From: Vermamoeba vermiformis
Lineage: Eukaryota
Reading direction: 5' to 3'
Length of the DNA: 64,000 nt
Assembly (NCBI GenBank): GCA_045837725.1
Contig: JBEWZL010000013.1
Span: 62,001-126,000 of the forward strand
Shown here: positions 36,879 through 51,162 of the stretch, piece by piece
How positions within the stretch are numbered: the first letter of the stretch is position 1
Layout of the letters: every line of letters begins with the position of its first letter
Notes under the pieces: model-generated
What the model was told of the DNA's origin: nothing
What the model saw: only the letters and a program-made list of their open reading frames with translations
Databases searched by the model: none
Program-made: the position numbers and the translations under genes

Positions 36879-38580
36879 TTAGAGAAGACTACAAACAAAA
36901 ACGATAATTAAAGAATAAAGCATCTTGATAACACCTCTTGTGCTTGAGGCCGACGAAACTGCAGCAGCTGGATCCACAGTGTCGATCAAGTCGTTATTGA
37001 GTAGCGTGGCCACTGGCTGAGTTGCGCGTTGAATAGCCAAATCAAACACGTTTGGCGGCGGTATTTTCTTACACAAAGTCATGAGTCTCGGGCAATCGTC
37101 AAGCAATGAGTTGTTCTTCATAGTAAGCGACACCGCTGATTCAATCGTGCATTCATCGTAGGTGACACGCGGTGCGTTCTGAACTCTATAGTACCAGTTG
37201 TATATTGCTTCTGTTGCCACACGACCTTGAATGACCATGGTGTCGTCAAGACCATGCATGAAGCACGTTGTCAAGAACAGTCCATCGACAAGTGGATCAC
37301 GCACAAAGTCGGTGTAGATGGATATGTTTGCGTAGTGACCAAGTCTAATCAAGTACGGAGCGGCATCAGGATTGGAGTAATTGCCATCGAAGCCCAAGTT
37401 GCCCAACATGGCAGTGTCGATCAACGAGTTCATGGAGAAGAGTCTGTTGGGCAAGTAGTTCCATGCATAGCGAGGGAACAGACAGTAGGTCTCGTTGCCT
37501 GGATTAGCAGCCACACATGCCGCGTTCATGCGGCTCTTGTACAGGACAGATCCGTAGGCCAATTTTTGAGGGAACGTAGGACCACTCCATGAGGGAGTGA
37601 AGTCAGTGAACCATCCTGCATTCATCAGACCTGAGATTTGAGCGTTGGGAAATTTCTGCGAAAGGAGATCGTTAGGCCTCTCAAGAGACAATTGACAAGC
37701 TCTCTTTAACGTACTTGATTGAACCAGTCCATATTCGATGTCACTCCTCCAAGTGCACCTGCACTGCCTCCACGAACAACAATTTCAGTGGCATTGACAA
37801 TGTCGTAGTTGCTCATAACATCTATACGAGATACGAAAGACTCGTTAGAATCCACTTTACATTTGGTAGATCCGGATCCAAATTAACGTACCTTGAATGA
37901 CTCCCTCGATAATCAAATGACCAGCAAAGTAGAATCCATAAGTATCATTTGACACTGACTTGCGAGTACCAGTCCACAAGTCACTGCTGCAGTACGGAAT
38001 GTGAAGTCGCGTCCAGTTCCAAAACGACTATCAAAAAATATGACACGTGTCAATCGAGGAAAGATCCGCTTATACTATTCCAATATAGAACTCACGGGAT
38101 TGATGACGGGATCGCTTGAAAAGACCGTTGAGCCAGGAAGAGGATCATTGAAGTAATTCGAAGAGCCAAGAGCAGACTAGACCAATACAAGACATGTCAG
38201 TTGATGCCTATCCTGAATCGCGCTTATTATGACTTACCTTTGAGCGAGAAGTGCATAAGTTCTGGTCAAGACAAAGACCTCCGCCTTCAAGCGAGATGAC
38301 CCATTTATTAGGGACCGAGCCTGCGTTTGAGGATCGTTAGAACGGCTTGTGACCAAATTATTACTCAAACATTACCTTTCGAGTAGTAGTATCCTGCGCG
38401 GGTACCATCCATACTAAAATTGAACGTGAGCTAAATCCGTTGCACCTGAATCTACGAAAGTACATACCAACGAGCACCCGTAGCTTGGACTAGCGCTGCA
38501 TCGAGCAACTTCAACGGCAAAAGATCATCACAAGCGATGAACTGAAAAAGTAGAAAGACTACGGCTAATTTGAAGATCAT
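36879..38580 (-). CDS. Pectinacetylesterase/Notum-family hydrolase, copy 2 (apparently intact)
   Basis: Same exon structure and motifs as copy 1; long last exon within ORF 36879-37691. Confidence 0.88.
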
Positions 38581-39047
38581 TTTGTCGTTCGATAACCGAT
38601 CTGATCGTTCAAGTTTGAGTTGCTTTCGTCTCTGTTAGTGAGAAAATAATGAAGGAACCTGCGAATAAATAATTTTCTTCCGATGTCAAATAAATCAAGG
38701 CAGTCGGACCGGTGGACAAGAGTCGGGTCCAAAGGACTAAAGCGACCTCATACAGGTCCAAATTAATTTCCAACCATTGCAACTGGCAATTGAATCAATC
38801 TACCGGTCTTCACTCCTTATAAGAAATATTAAGGAGAAATCAGTCTTAGCGTGTGTGTGACGAAAAAAATGTGGATGGCACGTGTTCGAAGACTCGCACC
38901 GTTAAGCGCAGAAAACGGTTAAAATCCAGAGCAACCTTCAAACTATAAAATAATTTATTAGTCATTGGTTTGTTTTTAACAATACAAGAAGCGAACATCA
39001 ACTGCTTCAGATCAATAACACACGTTACGTTACCTTTGTCGACGCCA

Positions 39048-40168
39048 ATGTTTCAACCACTGTACGAAGTGAATCACTGCAATAAGATGCACTATGCATT
39101 AGTGAAGCCTACCTCGTGTCCTTCGTGCAGTACGTACAAAGTGGAAATTGAAAATTAAATTTAAAAAATAATTACAATTATTTAAAGAAGCTTTCCTTCG
39201 TAATATTAGTAATTATAATAACGTATATATAATTTTTCCGTATTATTACTAAATTTTTTGGAGCAGATCAAGCCATAGAACCGATCGAGCACAAAAACCC
39301 AGTTGGTCGCTCCAAGCCACGAAGCATATGCATTAAACAGACCTTCCACTCGTTCAAAAATTACAAAAGTGACTCATTTTTGCATTGTGGCGTCTCTAAT
39401 GCTGCGGGTAGGAAGACTAAAAGACTGACACTGAGTTTCAATGCTTAGTCTTTTCGTACTTAGGCGCCGTTTACCACTTCGATGAAGGAGGTATGCATAT
39501 GGATGTAAAATGGGCCGAATGTTTGTCAATTCCAATCGTTTGGGACCAAGTTGCGGATGAGGTTTGGGATTTGATGCTTGAACAACACTACGGAGACGAA
39601 CAAAGGTACGAATAGACAGCAAAATACGATAAATATTAACGTGGCATAGTTTATTGGATTACAGAGCCTACCACGGCCTCGACAACAACTGTTACAGCTT
39701 TATCATTCGATTTTTGGAGCTGATCGGCTTTGAAAACAAAAAAGAACATACTAAAGAAGACATTGTTAAGAGATTCGTTAATACTCCCATCGATGCCTTT
39801 GAATCCTTCTATAACATTCATAAGAAATTGGAATCTCAACCTTCTTACGTTTGGTACGTGGATCTATTGATCTATTGATGGCTTGGTTCTAACATCTAAT
39901 GCATAGTGATATGGAGGATATGAAAAGAGAGAAGTTGAGAAATAGAGCGGTCAATTGCGACGGATGCAGCAAAACGAACATTCATAAAGAAGCAGTGTAC
40001 TACCATTGTGAGGTACGTAGCCAGTAATATGCACTATAAGCATCTTACTAATGGATAATATTACAGGAATGCTCTGATTTTGACCTTTGTAACGGATGTT
40101 TTACTTCAAAGAAAGTAGTCGGAGATCACAAAGTCGAACATAAGACGTTGCAAATGACGACGCACTAA
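39048..40168 (+). CDS. MKRN2OS (DUF4796)-like protein fused to a C-terminal ZZ-type zinc finger
   Basis: HC...CPSC, FLHCGVSNAAGAVYHFDEGG, WAECLSIP, WD, NNCYSFIIRFL, then CDGC...YYHCEECSDFDLCNGCF...H...H. Confidence 0.75.
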
Positions 40169-40382
40169 GACAATATACTTGTAATACTACTATAGGCCGA
40201 CTCGACTAATATGTTTATAAATAATCTTTAGTTTACTTTGTTGCTATGTACACTTTAAAAAACACTTCGAAGTTGCTATTTGGTTGTGTCTAACATTACA
40301 TTTGAAAGACTGTAGCTCGTTCTATAGACATTGTTTCATAAGCCAGTCAATCTCCACAGGCAAGTGCTTGGCATTGCAGCTT

Positions 40383-43300
40383 TTAACGCAAGCCAAAGCC
40401 CTCGGCGTTGCTGATCGCCTTCAACAAGTAGTCACGCAACTTCTCTTTGCTTGAGTACTCGGGCAATAACAAGTGATTGAAGCAAGTGTGCGAAGTAGGC
40501 AAGCGATCGCTATCAGGACCGTTTCTAGCAAGGATTAGCTTCAACTTGCTCAAACCTCCGATCGGCGCGCGATCAGATCCAGTCGTGAAGAACAGGAGAC
40601 GTTTCTTTTGTTCAAGAGTGAAGCTGTGAACAATCTCCCAAAAGTCCTTGACGGTTTGATGCTCAGGAGTGAAGCCGTTGTCGTACAAAGTGCCTTCTCG
40701 CTCCAACGCTTCGAAATCCAGTGTTGGATCACCACAGACCAACAATTCGAGTTCTTCAGGCAAGAACAGCTAGAATAAGAAACTATATTAATATAATGTC
40801 GAAAATAACGTTAAGTAAAGGAAATGAAAGATAGGAATTGTGGAAGATCAGGGTGAAGATAACTCCTCAAGGGTTAATAGGACGGTTGAGCTTGAACTTT
40901 TGACATCATTTCCGCGTGTAATATAATCTATATAACCATGCTAAGTGCTACTTACCGAAGACAGATCTGTCTGCATGACGTGACGGAAGCCCTTCAAGAA
41001 CCAATCGAACTGTTGCTTGACGGACTCCTCTAACAAGTATTGCACGTACAAGTCAATGTACTGCTGCTTGTTGTCGTTGGTGACTGGAATGTTAGCACCA
41101 TTGAGCAAGAGGTTGTGCACAATGTTTTGGCCGAAGAAATCGTAGACGATCTGGAATGTCAGATCAAGGTCTTCTACGTCTCCGTCGTAGTCATGTAGTT
41201 GTTTTAAGCCTCGGTAAAGACCCTAGAAAGTAAACATTAGTTATCAAGGAAGTTTGAAGATCGGGATGCGGACGATCAGGATCTGATAGCCAACAGCGCC
41301 AATAAATTGCAAAATAATTTTAAAAATTAATTGGCTGCCTAACCGCGTTCGTACGTAAAAATTATGCGCGATTAGAAGCTTACCAAACAAGCAGATGAGC
41401 GGCAGGAAAATAATCAATTTGATTAGTCCATGATATTCTACGCGTGAGGCATTGACTGCTTTGCGCGATAAAATAAAATGGATTGAAAAACGAACATAAA
41501 CATTTGGTGCAGGCCAAAAAATTTGACTGTCAAAACCAGCCTGAAAAATTTTGCCGCCAAATCCGCTTGTTTGATGTACGAAGGTTTAAGAGAACGAATA
41601 CTTACTGGATTGATTTGCTTGACGTCCTCCAATGTCAACTTGTGGCCCAACAACTTCTTGTAAACAACGACGGGCAGATGCAGATCCAAAATGACACCGT
41701 TGTAAATGGCCAAACCGAGCAGAATGCCGATCAATTCAAACTCGGGGAAATCACGCGACGCGCTGTTGAACCATTGCAAGCGATTGGCGTCGTCTTGGAT
41801 GAACATGCCGTACTTGGGATCGAAGATCTCCTTCACGATCAGCTGGAACCACTCCTTCGAGACACCTCCTTCGTCGATACCTTCTTCACCAACAAACTGG
41901 ACCTTTAACTCCTTGACGAGGTCTGTGCGGTCAGCTGTGCTCAGTTGTGACAGCGAGTCTTCAATCAAACGCTCGCGGCGTACTCTGAGCTCCAAAAATG
42001 GCGAAGTAATGACACCCATCATCATCTCTTGGAACGCGTCCTATAATATTCATTAGCAACAAGTCATATATGGCAGTACTATACTATCTACGTACCACTC
42101 GGCGCCTTCGTTGGTTAACAATGGATTCGATCAGAATTACTTTGCTCTTCACTTCGGGAGTCAATATGAAAGGTGTAGAGATGAATGAGAAACTAACAAT
42201 AGTACCACATTAGTATGCTTGCCTAACATTATAACAAACGTAATGTTACATACCCAGCGTCTCGTTTCCAGTTGGTAAAATCATCGCGCAAGTCAATGGT
42301 CTCGTTCAATAGTTCGTTGTAGAACTGGTCGTAGCGAATCACGTGACGCTTCTCGTTGACTTTGTGAATGAAAGAGATCAATTTGACCGCACCAATGATG
42401 CCTTCATCAGAGTTTAAGCGGTAGCGTTGGTTGGCGGTCTCGCCGACTAGCCTCAGCGCAATGACATCTTGAAGACCTTGGTGGGTCACACGGAGCTTTT
42501 CATTATCGAATCTAACGAACGATTCCATTAGTTACTGTCACTTACTATAAAAGGCAATGGCCTATGAACTTACTTTTCAAAATATACAGTGGTCAAAAGA
42601 TCGCAGAGTTTGAGGTTCATCTTGGCAATGGTCGCGCACACGGGCATGGCAACTTCTTTGTGGACACTCGGATCAAGCAGTTTAGGGAACTCCAATAATA
42701 TAATGAATTGTCGGACTGATTGAACGGTGGTGTAATTTTTGGCAGTGTATCGATAAGTGGCGAAAAGTGATTGTAAAGCATTGGTCAATGGTGCCATAAT
42801 TGCATCTTTCTATTGTTAGGTGTTAGTTAGCATCGAGTTTGCTATAATAGGAGTATTAATATACGTACCACTTCCATCAGCAACTTCCAAGCTTCCCGAA
42901 GTTGATCCATGTCCAAATATGGCGCGAGGTTTTCGGAGACAGGATAGGGCTTCTATATCATATTTCGTTAGTATTAGCCTAGAACATTCGATTATTTCAT
43001 AAACTTACGAGAATGAAACTGTTGTTCAATGCTTCAGACGATGAGAACACGTTGTAAATTGTGCGGACGAGCATTGTATACTGTTGAGTCTCTTTTGCTT
43101 CGGTAACGAGTTTTTGAACGGTTTCGAGGTCCAAAAATGGTGGTTCTTTGCCTATTATGGAAAGTTAATACGTCATCGAAAAGACCAAAACCTACGAGAA
43201 TAACAGATCCCGAAAATTTTCTCAATTATCAGAAAATAGGCAAGGAATTTTCAGATAATGGCCATATTATATTTATAAATTAATTATTAAGAATTACCTT

Positions 43301-43813
43301 GAGGAGCTGTTAACGGGGTACATAAGAATTCAGTTTGAGAACTATGTTTTGCTGCTAATTGCAATGCGGCAACTGCGCGCTCGTTGGGATTCTCAATCTT
43401 ATATTTTCTAGCGCCTATAATCGAGTTAGAATCAAAAATGTCAAAATATGAAATATTTGCAATAAATCGCGCGATAATTCAAGAGAAATTTTAAAATTGA
43501 ACTTACCAACGCAAGAAGCGCAATATTGGTTAATGCAGTCTGCTTTACCGCATCCGTTCGAAAGCTGAGCGAAGTAACTGTAATTTTTAAATGTTTAGTA
43601 AATATTCTGATCCAGATCGAAGATGCAAGAATTAAATTCGGAGAATAAGAATTGAGTTACTATGTACCTTTTAACTAAATTAGCAAGTTCCTCTTCTTTC
43701 TTCTGTTGGTTAGGGTCTTTTCCTTGTGACCCCGGCTCGATCTCCATCGGTTCAGGGTTCGGCTTGCTTCTTTTCATTGCTTTCTCTAGTTGCCACAGAT
43801 GAAAGTCAGACAT
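40383..43813 (-). CDS. UBE3A: UBE3A/E6AP-like HECT E3 ubiquitin ligase with AZUL zinc-binding domain
   Basis: [23 protein letters not shown] (AZUL), [47 protein letters not shown]. Start is ATG 43813 or 43777. Confidence 0.9.
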
Positions 43814-44120
43814 CGCGTTTTTGTGTTCCAAAAAATATTTAAAATGAAAAAAATGCTTTGGACGTCTTTTGTAGCCCTCCAGCACGAATAAAATTCAAGA
43901 GAATTTCGCGGGTTGATGACGAAAAAATATGGCACGTGCTTTCTTGCTTGGGAAGCAGGCCGTAGGTCAAAAGAATAGTGAAATGTTGATATTAATGAGG
44001 GTTAATAATATTATTGGCAATATTTGTTGTGCAGGAAGCGTAATTTCTGTAATGGAACGAAAATGAATCCGGATCTGTCCCTCAGCACCAAATTTCTTGC
44101 TGGATCCGGCTTTTGCCTCA

Positions 44121-44457
44121 TTAAAATATTCTATACATACCTTTTCGTTCTTTAGCCATATCAGGGCACGCACTCTTATGTCTGTCCCAGTCTTCGATCT
44201 TCCTCAGATGAACATTAGTTTGCCCGAAGCTTCTTTTGCAAATAAGTGATAATTATTAATTTACGTACCTGGCATTTTTTACTGCAATAATAAAGCGAAT
44301 GGCATGCTCCACATTTTTTGTAGTCTCTGCCTTTGGCTCCACATCTCGCGCAAGTCCTTTCAGGTCTTGGAGGTCGGACTTTGTTATTTGACTTATTTGG
44401 TTCCAATAAGTTGTTATTGTTATTTGGCAGCTCGCTGGCTTGCTGAGGAGGATCCAT
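44121..44457 (-). CDS. Small MYND zinc-finger protein (ends uncertain)
   Basis: CARC...KKCGACHSLYYCSKKCQ|IEDWDRHKSAC across an intron. Confidence 0.7.
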
Positions 44458-45297
44458 CTGGCAGAAAGTTAGAATTAAATTCAATTAGTATTTAAAAATG
44501 TTCAAATTCATAATATGACGTTTATTTTGATGTATTATTGATTCAACAGAATATATTAAATAATTATGCAAGCAGTTGAAATATTAGGAATTTTTTGAAT
44601 GTTTTTTTGTTTGATTCAGAGTCAATCTCACTTACTTCTTCTCTCCACTCGTAGAACACGTTTAATTTAGTGGCAAGTTGAATATACCACTTCTTATGTA
44701 CTATTAAATTGAGCTAGATACGTGGTTTTCTCTTGGAAAAATGATGACGGAATGAACTTTTTTTTTGAGCGCAATTTGCCGCCCTCCGTCGAATGGAAGC
44801 AGCATATATCAGCCCCAATAATATGACACTTGCCTTGGAGTAATCATATCCTATAATATTATACTCGACTTGCACTAGCTCTCATAATAGAATGTTTCTC
44901 GAAGGTTCGCTTCCAACCAGATGACAACTTTTATTATTATTTCCGCGAGCAACTAATTTATTTTCATTAATTTATCTAATATTAGCATAATTTAATTCGA
45001 ATGCACGAGCACATTCATGAATTGACAAAACCAAATCTAGATTCTTTTGCTCGCTTTACAATTTCTGTGACCTAGAGTTCAAAGCAACAATATCATATAG
45101 TCATACATATGATGTATGGCTATAGCGCTCCTAATGTTACCGTTGCTAATTTTTTTTATGCGCGCAATGAAAACTCCGAAAACACACAGTTTTTACGTAA
45201 GCAAAAAGAAGAGTACAACAGCTCAAATTGAAGGCCTGAAACAGCATTAGGCTTTATAATTGTAGAATAAAGACGTGCCAAGTGAGAAGCACTGCTC

Positions 45298-48200
45298 ATG
45301 GGTAACGCTCCTGGAAAAACGTAGGTAGATTTACAACCAACGTGTACCAGAAATTACGATATGTAAAATAGATAATTGAAAGGGGCATATAATTGCTGTT
45401 TATAGCGAGCATTATGTCCTTGATTGACTAATTTCTTTTGTGTAGGTCGAGTAAATCTGGCTCGGCAGACGATCAGTCTCCTTTTGGCTTAATTAACGAA
45501 GAAGCCTTTGCTAGGGTTATTCGATACCTTAGCATTAAAGACTACGTTAATTTATCCAGCTTAAATACACGAATTGTAAAATCGTTTGGATCGGTCAGTA
45601 CAAAATCTTTTTAATGTTAGCTTGTGGCGAAAAATTAATTAATTAAAAAATAGAATAATTATTATTGGGCGCATGTATGCCAGGCAGCTACAGAACCAAC
45701 TGCAGGTGGTCCGAGCAAGATCCCGCTAACCCTTCCCAAACTCATCGCTAAAATGTACCCTGGCAAAAAACTTACCATAAATGGAAAGGGCCTTCATGAA
45801 TACGATTATTTGAACGTCAGCGACAAGAATGTAGCGAAGAGTTTCAATTTCAAAGAAGTCATTGTCAAGTACTTCCTTCGATGGGTGCACTTTCCTAAAT
45901 TGGAAACTCAATGCGAACTCTACAGCAAAAAGACGAACGCACTGTTGATTATACAAGTCGCTGATTATACGGAGAAATGGGACAAATATTGGACCAGAAA
46001 AGATCCCAAAACATTCAAGTGCGCCACGGACTTTTGTTACATTGTTGATTTTCAAGTGGATCCGCAGCGATTGGAGGCGATGAAAGCAACGCATCCCGAG
46101 ATTATAGGCAAGAACTTACCCGAGGAAATCAGCGGAAGAATAGTCTTGTACGCCAGATCCAACGTGCAGCCTCGCGAAGACAAGTTCAAGTCTCCTATCA
46201 ACATGTACGAGAGCTTCATGCGCAAGGAGGCCCCGGAAGGTCCGAGCAATGGCGAGATGTCTGGCGGCTTGGACTTGGTTTTTTCACCGCGTGTTGTGAC
46301 ACCTGGTGGAACTTCATCGCCAATACCCAACCAACGCAACACATTGGCGACTAGTCAACCTCGTCAGACCAATCTGCAGGGCTCAGGACGAGGCAATCCA
46401 ACCGAGCCAAATGTGCTATCAATGACCACTACCGGAACGCCTACCAAGCTGGGCCAAAACAGCTAACACAAATAATGCTGCACCAAAATATACAATGCCG
46501 CAACCAACACCGAATAGTAACATTAATAACACTACAAATACAACTCCTCAGCCCGCGTCACCGCTCACAGGTCAAATGAACACAGGTGCACCTATAGAGC
46601 CTGCTCAAAATACCACGGCGGCCATTCCAATATCACCTTCGACTCCTTCGGCAAATACAAGCGCGACCTCTAGTCCGAGCACAGCTTCAATACTAATGGT
46701 GGACTCGTTGTCTAAGAAGGATTCCTTGCCACAGCTGAGAACGACGAGGAATTGGTCAGCCTCGCGACCAAACAAATCACGCTCAAACTCGAATGTTTCG
46801 CTTGGTACTCCACCACAGGACGGCAATCGAGTGTCTATAGTGATGACTGACTCCAGGGGAATCAAGCGAGAACAAGAACAGAATACAGTTGATTCTGCGC
46901 TAGAAGTACCACAACAAGAGTCACAAGTCCCTGAACAATCAATTCAAACTTTGCAGGACATAGAGATGCCTGATGAGGAGCCCCAAGTAGACGTACAGCC
47001 ACCTGAAATGGGAGTTCAAGACCCTGAAATTGATGAGCCAGTCATTGAGACACCACAAATATCCGTACAAGAGCCCGTGACAAGTCAATTGAACGATTCG
47101 ACGGAGGTTGTTAATGTTGAAGTTTCAGCGAATAATGCAGCCGTACAACCGCAAGCTGGAGGTACATTGACTGTGCAGCCAAAGAGCACACCACGCTTTG
47201 AAACGACGCCGCGCAATCCATACGAAACATCGCCACGTCCGACACCACAACACGTGGACTTTGACGAGCCTGACCTTTCGTTGGACAGCACTGTCGCGCC
47301 GTTCTTATTGGCACAGCAGATGAACATGGCCAACAACAACACCAGCGCGCAAGTTACACCGCCACAACCAACGCCAGTGCCTGTACAGACACCATCAATG
47401 CTGCAACCTCCGCGACCTGAGTCTCCGTTGAAGACCGGTGAACGACCAGTGACCAGCGAGGGCGAAGTTCGGCCAGTTGGTCGCAAAACATCCGTGTCAG
47501 AAATGCCTCTGTTCAAGCGATACTCTTCGCACACGGGTGAAGGAGCTCTGCCGAAGCAACCTCCGAGATATGCAGCTGCAAAGGCCAGCGCTAACTCCTC
47601 ACCACAAAATTCACCGAAACTAGGCTCGCGACAGCCGCATCTCGTTGAAGCAGATGAACCGCAGATCAAAACTGACATTAACGATGCACAGCTGTCACAG
47701 CCGACAGTTCAAATCACATTGCCCGAGGAGCCAAGTGAACCAATTGTTGAACGACAGCCGTCCAATGAGCATAGCATTACATTAGCAGGGCCGAGCGGAG
47801 AGGCAATGACTCTTGAGGAGCCTTCGCAGGACATCATAGCACCTCAACCAACAGTAGAACTCACATCCAGTTCGGACGCTCAAGATCAAACAGAACACGG
47901 CACACTAACACCACAACAAGCCTCGTTGAGTGTGCCAAGTGCCCTACTACCTAAGATGCAGCCGCGATCTGCTTCAAATAGTATTAGCGCGAGGCCAGTC
48001 TATCAACCACCGCGACCTGCTTCAAATAGCTTTAACGCGAGACCACTCATTCAACCACCAGAGCCAAGCATTACCACCACACCAGTCACTAATCCAACCG
48101 CACTGTCACAACCACCTAAAATGCCTCCCAAACAGCCGCCCACTGGTCCGAAACAACCAACTTCACGACCGTTAACGCAACCTCCACAGCCCAAAGTCAG

Positions 48201-48579
48201 TGTTCAAACACGACCACAGCCTCTACCACCTCAAAATCAACCTCCGCAACAACCACCGCAAACTCTACCACCGCAGCCCAAAGTAACCATTCAGATGCGT
48301 CCTCAACCACAGCCACCTCAGCTCCATCCCCAACAAAATATCCCACAACCAGTCAGTCAACCTCCCAATGCACAATTAACGCCACAGCCACCACAACAGC
48401 CACCACAACGGCCAATTTCCAGGCCAGTTATTGAGCCTCCGCAAGCACAGCCCGTGCCACCTCCGCAGCAACAAGAAGACGATCGCTTCGCTGAGCCAAT
48501 GATGGAAACTTTCCGTCCGGTGCCACCCAAGCCGTGGAGAGCTATTGGCGCCGTGAAAAAGACTGAAGACAACATGTAA
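45298..48579 (+). CDS. Putatively N-myristoylated F-box-like protein with long P/Q/T-rich disordered tail (frameshift near 46450)
   Basis: MGNAPGKT|SSK...LINEEAFARVIRYLSIKDYVNLSSLN...YYWAHVC. ORFs 45753-46466 and 46495-48579 join if one G is removed at ctgggcc. Confidence 0.65.
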
Positions 48580-48655
48580 TACTATTGCACTTGTAATTTA
48601 ATAGTCTATTAAATTAATTATTTATGGTTACATATTTAATATAGTGCACTTGTTT

Positions 48656-50318
48656 TTACTCGTTTGTTTTTCTTTCGCAAACAAAGAGTTCATTGGACGA
48701 GAAGTGATAAGTGACCGGATCTGCGCCCCACATACTTTGGTGCGACACTTGAACGCGATCTGGCAGGCCATCGGGACCAGGCACGATAGATTGGATCTCA
48801 CCGGATTCGTAGTAGCCATCCATTGGGAAGTAGACTACCATATTATTCACCAACTATAATAATAAATGAGGTCAATTATTGGCTGGCTGATCCATAAAAA
48901 ATTTAAGATTTGATCTACTTACAGGTCGGTTAACAATCAACCTTAGACTGGGCTTTGGCATATGTCGCGTTATTTTATCTTGCCCAATGACGCTGTATAA
49001 TACATTGAACGATAACAAGCCTTGATTAGGGTTCTCATCTGCCAGCCAAATGCTGCAAAAATTATTGTCGTCAGGGATCTGCCCCACCAAAAATTTTCCG
49101 TTGTTCGCTGTATACAACACTTTACGACCTCTTAATGTCTGGTCCATCCACGACATTAATTTAGGCACTATTGTCGATGACTCGATTTTTTCACGAATGT
49201 TCAATCGCGACGGCTCCACCCATCGCACCTCGCTGTCTTCTTCGAATTTAATCAGCCAATTGGAATCAGCACTATTCATCACTCCTTCATAGTACTATAG
49301 GGCCCGTCAGTCTAAGGTACAATCACTATATGCGAGTCTTATATATCACTTACGGGGCCACACCGATCACCCAAAAATGACCTGCTCGCAAACACGCGTT
49401 CCGTTTGATCTGAAATCGCCGTTACGCAATCTTTGCCGAAATTCTTCGATTTGTTGCGGCGTTGGGTACACAAACACCTCGTCGAAGGGCAAGGCAGGGT
49501 CCTTATCATTATCTTCCCATACATGGAACACCGTTTGAGTTTCCCATTTAACAGACTGGATGCGTCCGATCCAAAAATTTTGTTTCTTCCACATTGCAAA
49601 TACGCGCAATCCTTCTTTAATCTAATAAAATTAAATAAATTATTCTTTTCGGCGAAAAATTAACGAAAATAAATCGACGTACTTCTGGATTGCCTTTCGA
49701 CCCGGGCTTAATTAAAGGATAAACGCAGTCAACAGAAACGTCCATAATTTCGTCTCTACGTTGACAATTCATTTTTAATTGCACGTTATATTTAGCACCA
49801 GTGACAACTCCTCCGCGTTCTGGATCAATTCAAAAAATATTATAAACACATTTTAAGACCTTAATATTTATTACTTACGGCTATTGACCTCCGAAGCGAA
49901 TGTTCCTGGCTTAGGTAGTCTAGCGGTGCCTATAAAATCGTAATTAGAGCCAGTTTGGAATTAATTTGAATTTTTGTTTTTTACGTACTAGCTTGGATGC
50001 AGAGTTTGCGCCAAGAAATTTTTAAGTCAGTCGTTGGCGCTGATTCTACGAAGTAATATAGACTCTTAAATACTCTTTTCCAGAACTGCTCGCTTTTAGT
50101 CCACTACAAAAGTAGATTCATTAAATATTTGCTTTAAAAAGATCTCAATTTCGAATTTGAACGCAATTCTGAATATTAAAAAAATCAGCTAATATTTTAC
50201 TTACGCTATTCCATTGACGGCACACTGAAGCGGCATTTAATACAGCCTTCACTGAAGTGTACGGCAAAATTAAATTTTGTAGTAGATCGTTAGGAATTGT
50301 AACTTGTTCGAGCTCCAT
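48656..50318 (-). CDS. F-box protein with several Tudor-like beta-barrel modules
   Basis: IPNDLLQNLILPYTSVKAVLNAASVCRQWNSWTKSEQFWK (F-box); GLRVFAMWKKQNFWIGRIQSV...VFHVWED and WLIKFEEDSEVRWV (Tudor-like). Confidence 0.65.
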
Positions 50319-51162
50319 AGCGAGGTCGTATTTACTAAAATATAATATTAATTAATTGCACGAACCACATTTGAAATCGAAATTGAAAGTCTTTACGGGA
50401 GGTAAAGATCCGCTAGGGAATTTCATTTTCGTTATTTAACGACGTAAGTTACCTTTAATACGTGCTCTTCTATTGCTTATGAATAGTGATATGTTTTCTG
50501 CTTTGATTTTAAGTCTTGAATTCGGTTCAACTATTTTTAGGCATTCAAAAATCTCCCGCCAGATCCACCGCGAGGCTTTTAACCAACTGTGATTGTATTA
50601 ATAGCAATACTGATTATGTAAATGATCATTGCAGGAAAATTCTAAGAACGGATTGAGTTTTTTGACGTTTTTTTGTTGATCGAACAGAATCTGATTTTGC
50701 AAACCACAGAAGATAACAAATTAATAATATTAGTATTATAAATATGGAAGCACGACGGATGTTAATGAAAACAAGCGGTAAAGATGGATTTACGCCGTTC
50801 CAGCCTCCCAAACACGTTGAAAATAAGGATGAAGCACATCTGGTACCTCCAAAATTAACCCCACCTCCACCTGTGCCAGTAATTAACGCACCAGGGCAAC
50901 ACCAACCGGAATCGCATCAAAAATAGAGAATTAATTTCTGGAGGCTAATTCCAACGTCAGATCCAGAATTTAAACTTGTAACATAATCAAAAGGTAGACA
51001 AATAGTACGTACTTGTATATGCATAGTATAATTACACTATCGTGTTATTATTGGTGGTAAAAAACGAATAAATAAGAATGACACCAAAATTTTTTTTATT
51101 TGTTCACTCAGCAACCTAAGACCAACCACATTAGTCATAATATTTGTATAATACTAGGAAAT

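Noticed and set aside
50744-50926. 60-aa Pro-rich ORF
   Set aside because: Could be real, but there is no homology or structural support.
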